64,000 nt of DNA, taken from the NCBI GenBank assembly GCA_963780815.1, contig CAWADG010000008.1, positions 131,306 to 195,305 of the forward strand. Reading direction: 5' to 3'. Numbering within the stretch: position 1 is the first letter of the stretch; each line of letters opens with the position of its first letter. The notes beneath the pieces were generated by a model. That model saw only the letters and a list, made by a program, of their open reading frames with translations. It made no database searches and was not told the DNA's origin. Positions 8,411 through 16,458 of the stretch are shown one piece after another. The position numbers and the translations under genes were made by a program. The stretch comes from an uncultured Solirubrobacterales bacterium. Its GTDB lineage: Bacteria > Actinomycetota > Thermoleophilia > Solirubrobacterales > 70-9.

Positions 8411-9650
8411 TCTTCTCCGGGCACCGCGGCCGCTCGGCCTCGCGGGCCTGATCGGCCTCCTCGCGGCGGCGGTCCCGCTCGCCGCGCCGGGGCCGGGGCT
8501 GGTACCGGCCGCGGCCGGCGATGGCCCGGGCTGGCTGCTCGGCCCCTACGGCGGGGGCCTCGGCGTCGGAGCAGGCGCCTACTACGCCCTGCTCTGGGTC
8601 GCCTTCGCCGCCTACCTCTGCGTTCTCCTCGCTGCGCCGGCGCTCGGGACCCGGCTCCTGGCCGGCGCCGCCGTCGCCCTGGTCCTCGCCTTCGCCCTAT
8701 CGCCGCCGCTCCTCTCGCAGGACGTCTTCAGTTACATCGCCTATGCCCGGCTCGGCGCCCTCCACGGCCTCAACCCCTATGTCCATGCCCCGATCGACGC
8801 CGCCGGCGACCCCGTCTTCGCCCACGTCGGCTGGACTGAATCGCCCAGCTCCTACGGGCCCCTCTTCACGCTCGCGACCTATCCGCTGGCGCTGCTCTCG
8901 GTGCCGGCGGCGCTGTGGACGTTGAAGGCGGTCGCGGCGGCCTCGGTTCTGGCCCTAGCGCTGCTCGTGGCCCGAATCGCTCCGGCCCGCGGCGTCGACC
9001 CGGGGCGCTGCTTCGCGATCGTCGCGTTGAACCCCCTCGTCCTCGTCCACGTCGTCGGCGGAGCCCACAACGACGCGACGGTGATGCTGGCGGCGGTCGG
9101 CGCCGTCGCGGCGATCCTCGCCAATCGGGAGGGAGCCGGGGGGGCGGCGGTCGTCGCCGCGATCGGGCTGAAGCTGAGCGCAGCGTTCGTCGCCCCCTTC
9201 GCGCTGCTCGGCGCGGTCCGGCGCCACCGGTTCGCGGCCGGCGCCGCGGTCGCCGCGCTCGCGATCGCCGCGGCTGCCCTCGCCGCGTTCGGGCTCGATG
9301 CCCTCGACTCGGTCGAGCTCGTCGGCGAGAACCAGGGCCGGGGCAGCCACTACAGCCTCCCCAACCTCCTCTCCGAGCTGCTCGGGGTCGGCGTCGGCCC
9401 GGTCCGGGCCCTCACCGCCGCCGCCCTCGCGGCCCTCGTCGCCCTGCTCGGCGGCTGGGTGCTTCGAGGCGGCGACTGGATCCGGGCCACCGGCTGGGCC
9501 GCCTTCGGCCTGCTGCTCGCCAGCGCCTGGCTCCTCCCCTGGTACGTCATCTGGGCCCTCCCCTTCGCCGCCCTCTCCCGCGACAACTGGCTGCTCACCG
9601 CCGTCCTCGCCCTCACAGCGCTTCAACTCGCCGCCCGAATCCCACTCTGA
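8373..9650 (+). CDS. GT-C type integral membrane glycosyltransferase-like protein (DUF2029/GT87-like)
   Basis: Multi-TM protein with LSQDVFSYIAYARLGALHGLNPY...SSYGPLF. There is no in-frame ATG after 8271, so GTG 8373 was chosen, giving a 38-nt overlap with the PBP end. The start is uncertain. Confidence 0.55.
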   Translation: MAAPRLAESGLADLLRAPRPLGLAGLIGLLAAAVPLAAPGPGLVPAAAGDGPGWLLGPYGGGLGVGAGAYYALLWVAFAAYLCVLLAAPALGTRLLAGAAVALVLAFALSPPLLSQDVFSYIAYARLGALHGLNPYVHAPIDAAGDPVFAHVGWTESPSSYGPLFTLATYPLALLSVPAALWTLKAVAAASVLALALLVARIAPARGVDPGRCFAIVALNPLVLVHVVGGAHNDATVMLAAVGAVAAILANREGAGGAAVVAAIGLKLSAAFVAPFALLGAVRRHRFAAGAAVAALAIAAAALAAFGLDALDSVELVGENQGRGSHYSLPNLLSELLGVGVGPVRALTAAALAALVALLGGWVLRGGDWIRATGWAAFGLLLASAWLLPWYVIWALPFAALSRDNWLLTAVLALTALQLAARIPL

Positions 9651-9826
9651 GTCAGCTGGAGTCGGAACGGCCGGGATGACAGGCTCCCCGGTGGAGATGT
9701 CGGCGACTCAGCACCAGGGGATGCCGGGGGGTCCGGGGGAGGGGGATTGGGTGTCCTCTGGACCGGCGGATACTCAGAGGCGAGCGAAGCGAGCGAGTCG
9801 GGACAGGGGGCACCCGATCCCCCTAC

Positions 9827-10903
9827 TCAGAGGATTTCCGGCGTATGGATCTCCTGCTTGCCCTCTCTGGCATCGTCCTCCTCCTCAGGGGAGGGATGGA
9901 GAACCCCGGTCGGAATCGACCACCCCTCGCGTTTCCCGAGCGCGGTGACGGCGGCGACGTAGAGCACCTCGACCAGGGTCTGGACCCCGCGGACCGCGAT
10001 CGCGATCAGCGAGCCGACGGCGAAGCTATTGCCCGAGACCGCGCCCTTCACCGCCCAGGCGAAGGCGGCGTCGCGCACCCCGAGGCCGGCCGGGGCGATG
10101 AGAGTTGCGAGAGCGGCGACGTACCCGACCGCCTGGGCCGAGCCGACGGTGAGCATTTCGTCGACCGGGACGTCGGAGACCGAGCGGGCGACGCAGTAGA
10201 CGCCGACCGAGATCACGCCCCAGATCGCGGCGAAGACGACGATCAGGATCAGGATTCCCTGAAGTGAGATCACCCCAGGGAGCGGCTCGCGGCCGAAGGC
10301 CTTCAGAACCCTGTTGGCGAGCGGGCCGAAGACCCGCGGATGGAGGACGACGATCGCCGCCGGGACCAGTAGCAGGACCGCCCAGCGAAGCGGCTGGCCC
10401 TGGAGGTCGGGGTGGTTGATGATGAAGTAGGAGGCGATCGCGATCGCCGACGTGGCCCCGATCGCCTGTTCGTAGGCCACGCTGGCGAGCGTGATCCGGC
10501 GCGGGACGCCGGCGCGCTCGGAGAGCAGGACCCTGCCGAGGACGTAGAGGACGCTGCCCGGCACGTAGCGGGCGAGGAGGGGCTGTCCCCAGGCGACCTG
10601 GGCCCGTCCCATCCCGATCCGATAGCCGAGGAAGCGGAGGATCAGGTCCCAGCCGAGCGCGGTCAGCGCGTAGTAGATCGGCAGGACGATGAAGGCGGGG
10701 ATCAGCCAGAGGACGTGGAAGTGGACCCCCTTGTCCTTGATCTCGGACCACTGGTCGACGACCGTCAGGACCAGGAAGCCGAAGATCAGGATCGCGAGGC
10801 CGAGCTGGATAGCCAGCCGAACCCGCTTGCTCTTCGGCGGTTTGGTCCCGAATTGGGCGCCGGCTTCGCCGATTCGGTGAAGTAATGGCTGGCGTTGCTC
10901 CAC
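9827..10903 (-). CDS. flippase-like / lysyl-phosphatidylglycerol-synthase TM-region family (UPF0104) membrane protein
   Basis: Eight or so TM helices and a typical RYVPGSVLYVLGR loop. In-frame GTG at 10903 was chosen. The rest of the 494-aa track ORF is Arg/Pro junk antisense to thiL. Confidence 0.7.
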   Translation of the reverse strand: MEQRQPLLHRIGEAGAQFGTKPPKSKRVRLAIQLGLAILIFGFLVLTVVDQWSEIKDKGVHFHVLWLIPAFIVLPIYYALTALGWDLILRFLGYRIGMGRAQVAWGQPLLARYVPGSVLYVLGRVLLSERAGVPRRITLASVAYEQAIGATSAIAIASYFIINHPDLQGQPLRWAVLLLVPAAIVVLHPRVFGPLANRVLKAFGREPLPGVISLQGILILIVVFAAIWGVISVGVYCVARSVSDVPVDEMLTVGSAQAVGYVAALATLIAPAGLGVRDAAFAWAVKGAVSGNSFAVGSLIAIAVRGVQTLVEVLYVAAVTALGKREGWSIPTGVLHPSPEEEDDAREGKQEIHTPEIL

Positions 10904-10965
10904 GCAGCCGCACCTTAGAGAGCGCCGGGGCTGCACCGTCGCCGACCCGCCGCCAGAATGGCTAG

Positions 10966-11943
10966 ATGGGCGAGTTCGACCTGCTGGCGCGCGTGCGGGA
11001 GCGGCTCCCGCCGCCGGGCCCGCGGGTCCGGCTCGGCAGCGGCGACGATGCCGCCGTGACGGTCCCCGGCGGCGCCACCGCGACCTCCGTCGACGCCCTG
11101 GTCGACGGAGTCCATTTCCAGCGCCGGCAGGCGAGCCTCGAACAGGTCGGCGCCAAGGCGCTGGCCGCGGCGCTGTCCGATCTCGCAGCGATGGGGGCGC
11201 AGCCAGGCGAGGCCTACGTGGTGCTCGGGGTGCCGGCCGACCTCGATGAGGACGGCTGCCTCGAGCTGCTCGATGGGCTCGTCGCGGTCGCCGAGGAGAC
11301 CGGCACGACACTGGCGGGAGGCGACGTGACCAGGGCGGCCGCCCTCTCGCTGGCGATCACCGTCGTCGGCCACGCCGGCGACCCCGAGCTGCTCGTCCCC
11401 CGCTCCGGCGGCCGCCCGGGCGACGTCCTCGTCGTGACCGGTGAGCTGGGCGGCGCCGCGGCCGGCCTGCTCCTGCTCGAGCGGCCGGGCTCGACCGCGC
11501 TCTCCGCGGAGGAGGAGGCGGCGCTGATCTCCCGCCAGCTCGAGCCGCGAGCTCGCCTCGACGCCGGGCAGGCGCTGGCGGAGGTGGGGGCGACGGCGAT
11601 GATCGACCTCAGCGACGGGCTCACGGGCGACGCGGGCCAGCTGGCGGCGGCGAGCGGGGTCGGTGCCCGCATCGACGCGGCCGCGCTCCCGGTCGCGGCG
11701 GGAGTGAGGGAGGTCGCGCAGGCGGTGGGCCGGGACCCGCTCGAGCTCGCCGCCTCCGGGGGCGAAGACTACGAGCTGCTCGCCGCCCTGCCCCCCGACA
11801 TGGTCGAGGGGGCGGTTGCGGCTCTGGGGGCGACAGATCTCAGTCTGACCCCGATCGGCGAGCTGGTCGCCGGGACTGGGGTCGAGATCAGGCTGCCCGA
11901 CGGCTCGCCAGTACGGTCGGCCGGGTTCGATCAGCTCGGCTGA
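10966..11943 (+). CDS. thiL: thiamine-monophosphate kinase
   Basis: MGEFDLLARVRERL...GSGDDAAV...SVDALVDGVHF and an AIR-synthase-like fold pattern. Confidence 0.9.
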   Translation: MGEFDLLARVRERLPPPGPRVRLGSGDDAAVTVPGGATATSVDALVDGVHFQRRQASLEQVGAKALAAALSDLAAMGAQPGEAYVVLGVPADLDEDGCLELLDGLVAVAEETGTTLAGGDVTRAAALSLAITVVGHAGDPELLVPRSGGRPGDVLVVTGELGGAAAGLLLLERPGSTALSAEEEAALISRQLEPRARLDAGQALAEVGATAMIDLSDGLTGDAGQLAAASGVGARIDAAALPVAAGVREVAQAVGRDPLELAASGGEDYELLAALPPDMVEGAVAALGATDLSLTPIGELVAGTGVEIRLPDGSPVRSAGFDQLG

Positions 11944-12100
11944 GCGGCTCACTCGCGGTGAGCAGCTCGCGCACGCTCTGCCGACTCAGCATCGCCTCCG
12001 CGACGAGCGCCGGATTCGGCTTGTACAGCCCGGCTGCGACCATGCTCTTCAACTGCTCGTTTGCCATGTCTCCCATATCGGCGACATCATTCCAGATCAT
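11888..12100 (-). CDS. small hypothetical protein (weak FlgM-like I..G.Y motif)
   Basis: 70-aa ORF with LKSMVAAGLYKPNPALVAEAML. It overlaps the thiL 3' end by 56 nt (convergent). This is a weak call. Confidence 0.3.
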   Translation of the reverse strand: MIWNDVADMGDMANEQLKSMVAAGLYKPNPALVAEAMLSRQSVRELLTASEPLSRADRTRPTVLASRRAA

Positions 12101-12165
12101 TAGTTCTTGGTAGTCCTACATTTGTCCAGTTCACCCCGCACAGTGCGCGGATTACCCTTACTGCG

Positions 12166-12861
12166 ATGCCCAACGGGACTGCACGGATACTGCTGGTGGA
12201 CGACGAGCAATCGGTCCAGACGCTGCTCAGCTATCCGCTGCGGAAAGACGGCTACCACGTCACCTCGGCGATCGACGGCCAGGAGGCGCTTCAGCGATTC
12301 AGCGAGGCGCGGTTCGATCTCGTCATCCTCGACCTGATGCTGCCCAAGCTCGACGGCGTCGAGGTCTGCCGCCAGCTGCGCCGCAACAGCCAGGTCCCGA
12401 TCATCATGCTGACCGCCAAAGGCAGCGAGACCGACAAGGTCGCCGGGCTCGAGGTCGGTGCCGACGACTACATCACCAAGCCGTTCTCGATGCGCGAGTT
12501 CCGCAGCCGGGTCAAGGCGGCGCTGCGGCGCTCGCGGATGATCGGCGAGTTTCAGGACGAGGGCTCGATCGAGCACGAGGAGCTGACGATCGACTTCGGG
12601 CGGCGGATGGTCCTGCTGCGCCGGGAGGAGATCAAGGTGACCTACGTCGAGTTCGAGATCCTCAGCGCGCTCGCCCGTTCCCCGGGCCGGGTCCTCAGCC
12701 GCCAGACCCTGCTCGAGTGCGTCTGGGGCGACTCGGAGTACCGCGACCCACGCACCGTCGACGTCCACATCCGCCACCTCCGGGAAAAGCTCGAGCAGAA
12801 TCCGAAGGAGCCGGAGTTCCTGTTCACGGTCCGCGGGGTCGGCTACCGCTTCAAAGAATGA
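12166..12861 (+). CDS. OmpR/PhoB-family response regulator
   Basis: Receiver domain (ILLVDDE...DLVILDLMLPKLDG) plus a winged-helix output (TVDVHIRHLREKL...VRGVGYRF). ATG at 12166. Confidence 0.95.
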   Translation: MPNGTARILLVDDEQSVQTLLSYPLRKDGYHVTSAIDGQEALQRFSEARFDLVILDLMLPKLDGVEVCRQLRRNSQVPIIMLTAKGSETDKVAGLEVGADDYITKPFSMREFRSRVKAALRRSRMIGEFQDEGSIEHEELTIDFGRRMVLLRREEIKVTYVEFEILSALARSPGRVLSRQTLLECVWGDSEYRDPRTVDVHIRHLREKLEQNPKEPEFLFTVRGVGYRFKE

Positions 12862-13916
12862 GGCGCCTCCAGCTCACCCCGCTCGGCAATCGGATCACGA
12901 TGATCTCGCTGGGCATCGCGATCGGGACCGCGGCCGTCATCTACGTCTACGTCGTCCACATCGCCGGCATCTCCAGCGCCAGGGAGGCGATCACCACGGG
13001 GGCCCTGATCGCGCTTGTGCTGGCCCTTGCCACCGGCTTCTACTTCGCGACGCTGGCGACGCAGCGGATCCGGAAGATCCAGGACGCCGCGCACAAGGTC
13101 GCCGAAGGCGACTTCGGCGCCCGGATCCCGGTCGACTCCTCGGGCCAGCTCGGCCAGCTCGCCCGCAGCTTCAACGAGATGCAGCGCCGCCTGGCCGAGC
13201 TCGACAACGCCCGCAAGCAGTTCATCGCCAACGCCTCGCATGAGCTCCGGACCCCGATCTTCAGCCTCGGCGGCTTCGTCGAGCTCCTCGAGGAGGACGA
13301 ACCGACCCCCGAGGAGCGGGAAGAGTTCGTCCGCACGATGCGCCAGCAGATCGACCGGCTTACAAAGCTCACCGCCGATCTCCTCAACCTCTCCCAGCTC
13401 GACGCGGGCGGGATCGTGATGGCGCCGAGCAGCGTCGACCTCACCGATCTCGCCCGCAGCGTCGCCCGCGAGTTCGGCCCGCGGGCGGACCTGCGCGGCT
13501 CGCGACTCGAGCTGCGCACCCCCGACCACCAGGTGATGGCGACCGCCGACCCTGAACGGGCGCGGCAGATCGTCCGTATCCTGCTCGACAACGCCCTCAC
13601 CCACACCCCCGAGGGCGCGAGCGTGACCGTGACCGTCTATTCCGTCAATCGCAGGGCAGAGCTGACCGTCTCCGACGACGGTGCCGGCATCCCGCAGCGC
13701 GTCCAGGGGCGGATCTTCGAGCGCTTCTACACGGCGAAGCCGTCGGGGGGCTCCGGGCTCGGCCTCGCTATCGCCCGCGAGCTCGCCCAGCGGATGGAGG
13801 GCCGGATCTCGATCACCTCGACGAGGCGCTTCACCGCCTTCACGCTCGACCTGCCCCCGGGCCCCGCCGAGGCGGCCCCGATCGTCGTCACCGAGCCGAC
13901 CGGGGCCGGAGTGTGA
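12858..13916 (+). CDS. sensor histidine kinase (HAMP-HisKA-HATPase)
   Basis: H-box FIANASHELRTPI, N box LLDNALTH and G boxes DDGAGI / GGSGLGLAI. ATGA overlap with the response-regulator stop. Confidence 0.95.
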   Translation: MRRLQLTPLGNRITMISLGIAIGTAAVIYVYVVHIAGISSAREAITTGALIALVLALATGFYFATLATQRIRKIQDAAHKVAEGDFGARIPVDSSGQLGQLARSFNEMQRRLAELDNARKQFIANASHELRTPIFSLGGFVELLEEDEPTPEEREEFVRTMRQQIDRLTKLTADLLNLSQLDAGGIVMAPSSVDLTDLARSVAREFGPRADLRGSRLELRTPDHQVMATADPERARQIVRILLDNALTHTPEGASVTVTVYSVNRRAELTVSDDGAGIPQRVQGRIFERFYTAKPSGGSGLGLAIARELAQRMEGRISITSTRRFTAFTLDLPPGPAEAAPIVVTEPTGAGV

Positions 13917-15061
13917 GCCGGGCGGCGGCGCGAGTCGCGCTGGCGGCCGCGCTGCTGGTCCTGGCGCTCGCGGGATGCGGCTCGAGCGACGGGGGCGGCG
14001 GCTCGGGCGCCTCGCACGCCTCGACGGAAAAGACGACGCGGGTCGTGGTCGAGACCAGCGCTCGGGGCTTCAACGCCGCCTCGGTCTTCGCCAAGGCATC
14101 GCCGGGCGTGGTCACGATCCGCTCGATAACCGAAACCGGGGGCGCCGAAGGCTCGGGGTTCGTGCTCGATGGGGACGGCAGGATCGTCACCAATGCCCAC
14201 GTGGTCACCGACGACACCAGCGGCGAACGGAAGGAGGCCGAAGCGGTCTACGTCGAGTTCCCCGATCGCAACGTCGTGCCGGCGAAGATCGTCGGCGTCG
14301 ACCCGTTCGCCGACGTCGCCCTGCTCGAAGTCGATCCCGACGGGCTCGAACTGCACCCTCTGAAGCTCGGCGACGACCACGACCTCGTCGTCGGGCAGCC
14401 GGTCGCGGCGATCGGCAGCCCGTTCGGGGAGCAGCAGTCGCTCTCGGTCGGGATCGTCTCGGCGACCGACCGCTCGGTCCGCTCGCTGACCGAATTCCAG
14501 ATCGAGGGCGCGATCCAGACCGACGCCTCGATCAACCCCGGCAACTCCGGCGGGCCCCTGCTCGACGCCAACGCACGGGTGATCGGCATCAACCAGCAGA
14601 TCGAGACCAACTCGGGCGCCAACGACGGCGTCGGCTTCGCGGTCCCGATTTCGGCGGTGAAGCGCTCCGTCTCCCAGCTCGAAGACGGCGGCAAGGCCGA
14701 ATACGCATACATCGGCGTCTCTACCCAGTCGCTGTACCCCCAGCTCGCGGACCGGCTCAACCTCGACACCGACTACGGCGGCCTGCTCGCCGAAGTCGTC
14801 CCCGACGGCCCCGCCGACGAAGCCGGACTGCGCGGGGGCGACGGGCGGATCCGGTTCCAGGGCCTCCCCTACCGGACCGGGGGCGACGTGGTCCTCTCGA
14901 TCGACGGCCACAAGATCGTCGAACCGGACGACCTCGCGAACCAGATCGCCGGCCTCGAACCGGGCGAAACGGTGACCCTGGAGGTCCTCCACGAGGACGG
15001 CGAAAAGGACAAGGTCGACGTCACCCTCGGCACCAGGCCCGAGCACAACCTCGGCGGCTGA
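13913..15061 (+). CDS. HtrA/DegP-family serine protease with PDZ domain, probable lipoprotein
   Basis: Lipobox LALAGC. Trypsin-like triad context (TNAHVV, GNSGGPLLD). C-terminal PDZ domain. GTG start in a GTGA overlap with the histidine-kinase stop. Confidence 0.9.
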   Translation: MSRAAARVALAAALLVLALAGCGSSDGGGGSGASHASTEKTTRVVVETSARGFNAASVFAKASPGVVTIRSITETGGAEGSGFVLDGDGRIVTNAHVVTDDTSGERKEAEAVYVEFPDRNVVPAKIVGVDPFADVALLEVDPDGLELHPLKLGDDHDLVVGQPVAAIGSPFGEQQSLSVGIVSATDRSVRSLTEFQIEGAIQTDASINPGNSGGPLLDANARVIGINQQIETNSGANDGVGFAVPISAVKRSVSQLEDGGKAEYAYIGVSTQSLYPQLADRLNLDTDYGGLLAEVVPDGPADEAGLRGGDGRIRFQGLPYRTGGDVVLSIDGHKIVEPDDLANQIAGLEPGETVTLEVLHEDGEKDKVDVTLGTRPEHNLGG

Positions 15062-15111
15062 TGCCGCCCTGCCGGACGCTCCATCCGGCCTGCGTGTAGA
15101 AATCCGCCCCC

Positions 15112-16350
15112 ATGCTTCAGGAAGTCAGCCTCGGCAACAAGTCGCTCGCCGACTACACCCACATCGCCGGCAAGGAGCTGAGCGAGCAGATCCGCGCGCT
15201 CGCCGAGCCGCTCCAGGGGCACCGCGTCCTCCATGTCAGCGCGACCGCGTTCGGCGGCGGCGTCTCGGAGATCCTCTACACGATCGTGCCGCTGATGCGG
15301 GACGCGGGCCTCGACGCCCACTGGCAGGTGATCTTCGGCAAAGAGGAGTTCTTCAACGCGACAAAGCTCCTCCACAACTCGCTGCAGGGGGCCGACGAGA
15401 CGCTGAACGAGGAGCAGTGGGAGCTGTTCGACGAGATCAACGAGCTGAACGCGAAGGGCCTCGAAGGCGAGTGGGACACGATCGTCGTCCACGACCCGCA
15501 GCCGATCGGGCTCCGGCGCGGCGCCGCCGAGAAGAGCCGCAACTGGATCTGGCGCTGCCACATCGACCTCTCCGAGCCGAACCCGGCGCCGATCGCCAGG
15601 CTGCAGCCGCTGATCGAGGAGTACGACGCGACGGTCTGGCACCTCCCCGACTACGTCCCCGACGGGGTCGAGGGAGGCGACGGGATTCGGATCATCCCGC
15701 CGGCGATCGACCCGCTCTCGCCGAAGAACATGGCCTTCTCCCCCGATGACGCCGCCTTCGTCTGCAACCAGTTTGGGATCGACGTCGACCGGCCTCTCTT
15801 GGCCCAGGTCTCGCGCTTCGACCCCTGGAAGGACCCGATGGGGGTGATCGACGCCTACCGCGCGGTGACCGAGGAGCTGCCCGAAGTCCAGCTCGCCCTC
15901 GTCGGCTCGATGGCGACCGACGACCCCGAGGGATGGGAGTTCTTCCAGCACACATTCGAGTACGCCGACGGCGACCCCGACATCAAGATCCTCAACAACC
16001 TCAACAACGTCGGCGCGATCGAGGTCAACGCCTTCCAGTCGCAGTCCGATGTCGTCCTTCAGAAGTCGATACGCGAGGGCTTCGGGCTGACCGTCACCGA
16101 GTCGCTCTGGAAGGGGCGGCCGACCGTCGCCGGCAACGTCGGCGGCATCCCGCTCCAGATCGAGGACGGGGTCAGCGGCTACCTCGTCGACTCTCCCGAG
16201 GCCTGCGCCGCCCGCTGCGTCGAGATCCTGCGCGACCCCGAGCTCGGCAAGCGGCTCGGCAAAGCGGGCAAGGAACGCGCCCGGCAGCGCTTCCTCTCAC
16301 CGCGCCTGCTGCGCGACTGGTTCGAGCTCTTCAACGAGCTGGACGGGTGA
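15112..16350 (+). CDS. treT: trehalose glycosyltransferring synthase (TreT-type GT4)
   Basis: Family-typical blocks SATAFGGGVSEIL, WRCHIDLS, QVSRFDPWKDP and SIREGFGLTVTE. 412 aa, as in archaeal and Rubrobacter TreT. Confidence 0.8.
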   Translation: MLQEVSLGNKSLADYTHIAGKELSEQIRALAEPLQGHRVLHVSATAFGGGVSEILYTIVPLMRDAGLDAHWQVIFGKEEFFNATKLLHNSLQGADETLNEEQWELFDEINELNAKGLEGEWDTIVVHDPQPIGLRRGAAEKSRNWIWRCHIDLSEPNPAPIARLQPLIEEYDATVWHLPDYVPDGVEGGDGIRIIPPAIDPLSPKNMAFSPDDAAFVCNQFGIDVDRPLLAQVSRFDPWKDPMGVIDAYRAVTEELPEVQLALVGSMATDDPEGWEFFQHTFEYADGDPDIKILNNLNNVGAIEVNAFQSQSDVVLQKSIREGFGLTVTESLWKGRPTVAGNVGGIPLQIEDGVSGYLVDSPEACAARCVEILRDPELGKRLGKAGKERARQRFLSPRLLRDWFELFNELDG

Positions 16351-16353
16351 CAA

Positions 16354-16431
16354 ACGCCGCCTCCTCTGCTCTCGCTCGGGCCCGAAGAAACAGAATTTGA
16401 CGGGCCCTCGCTCCCGCGTCCGGGGGCGGCT
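16354..16431. repeat. intergenic repeat element, copy A (29-nt arms, 20-nt core)
   Basis: The arms acgccgcctcctctgctctcgctcgggcc and ggccctcgctcccgcgtccgggggcggct recur at 60234-60321 (28/29 and 29/29 identical). Confidence 0.75.
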
Positions 16432-16458
16432 CAGATACCGCCGGGGTAGGCTGAGGTC

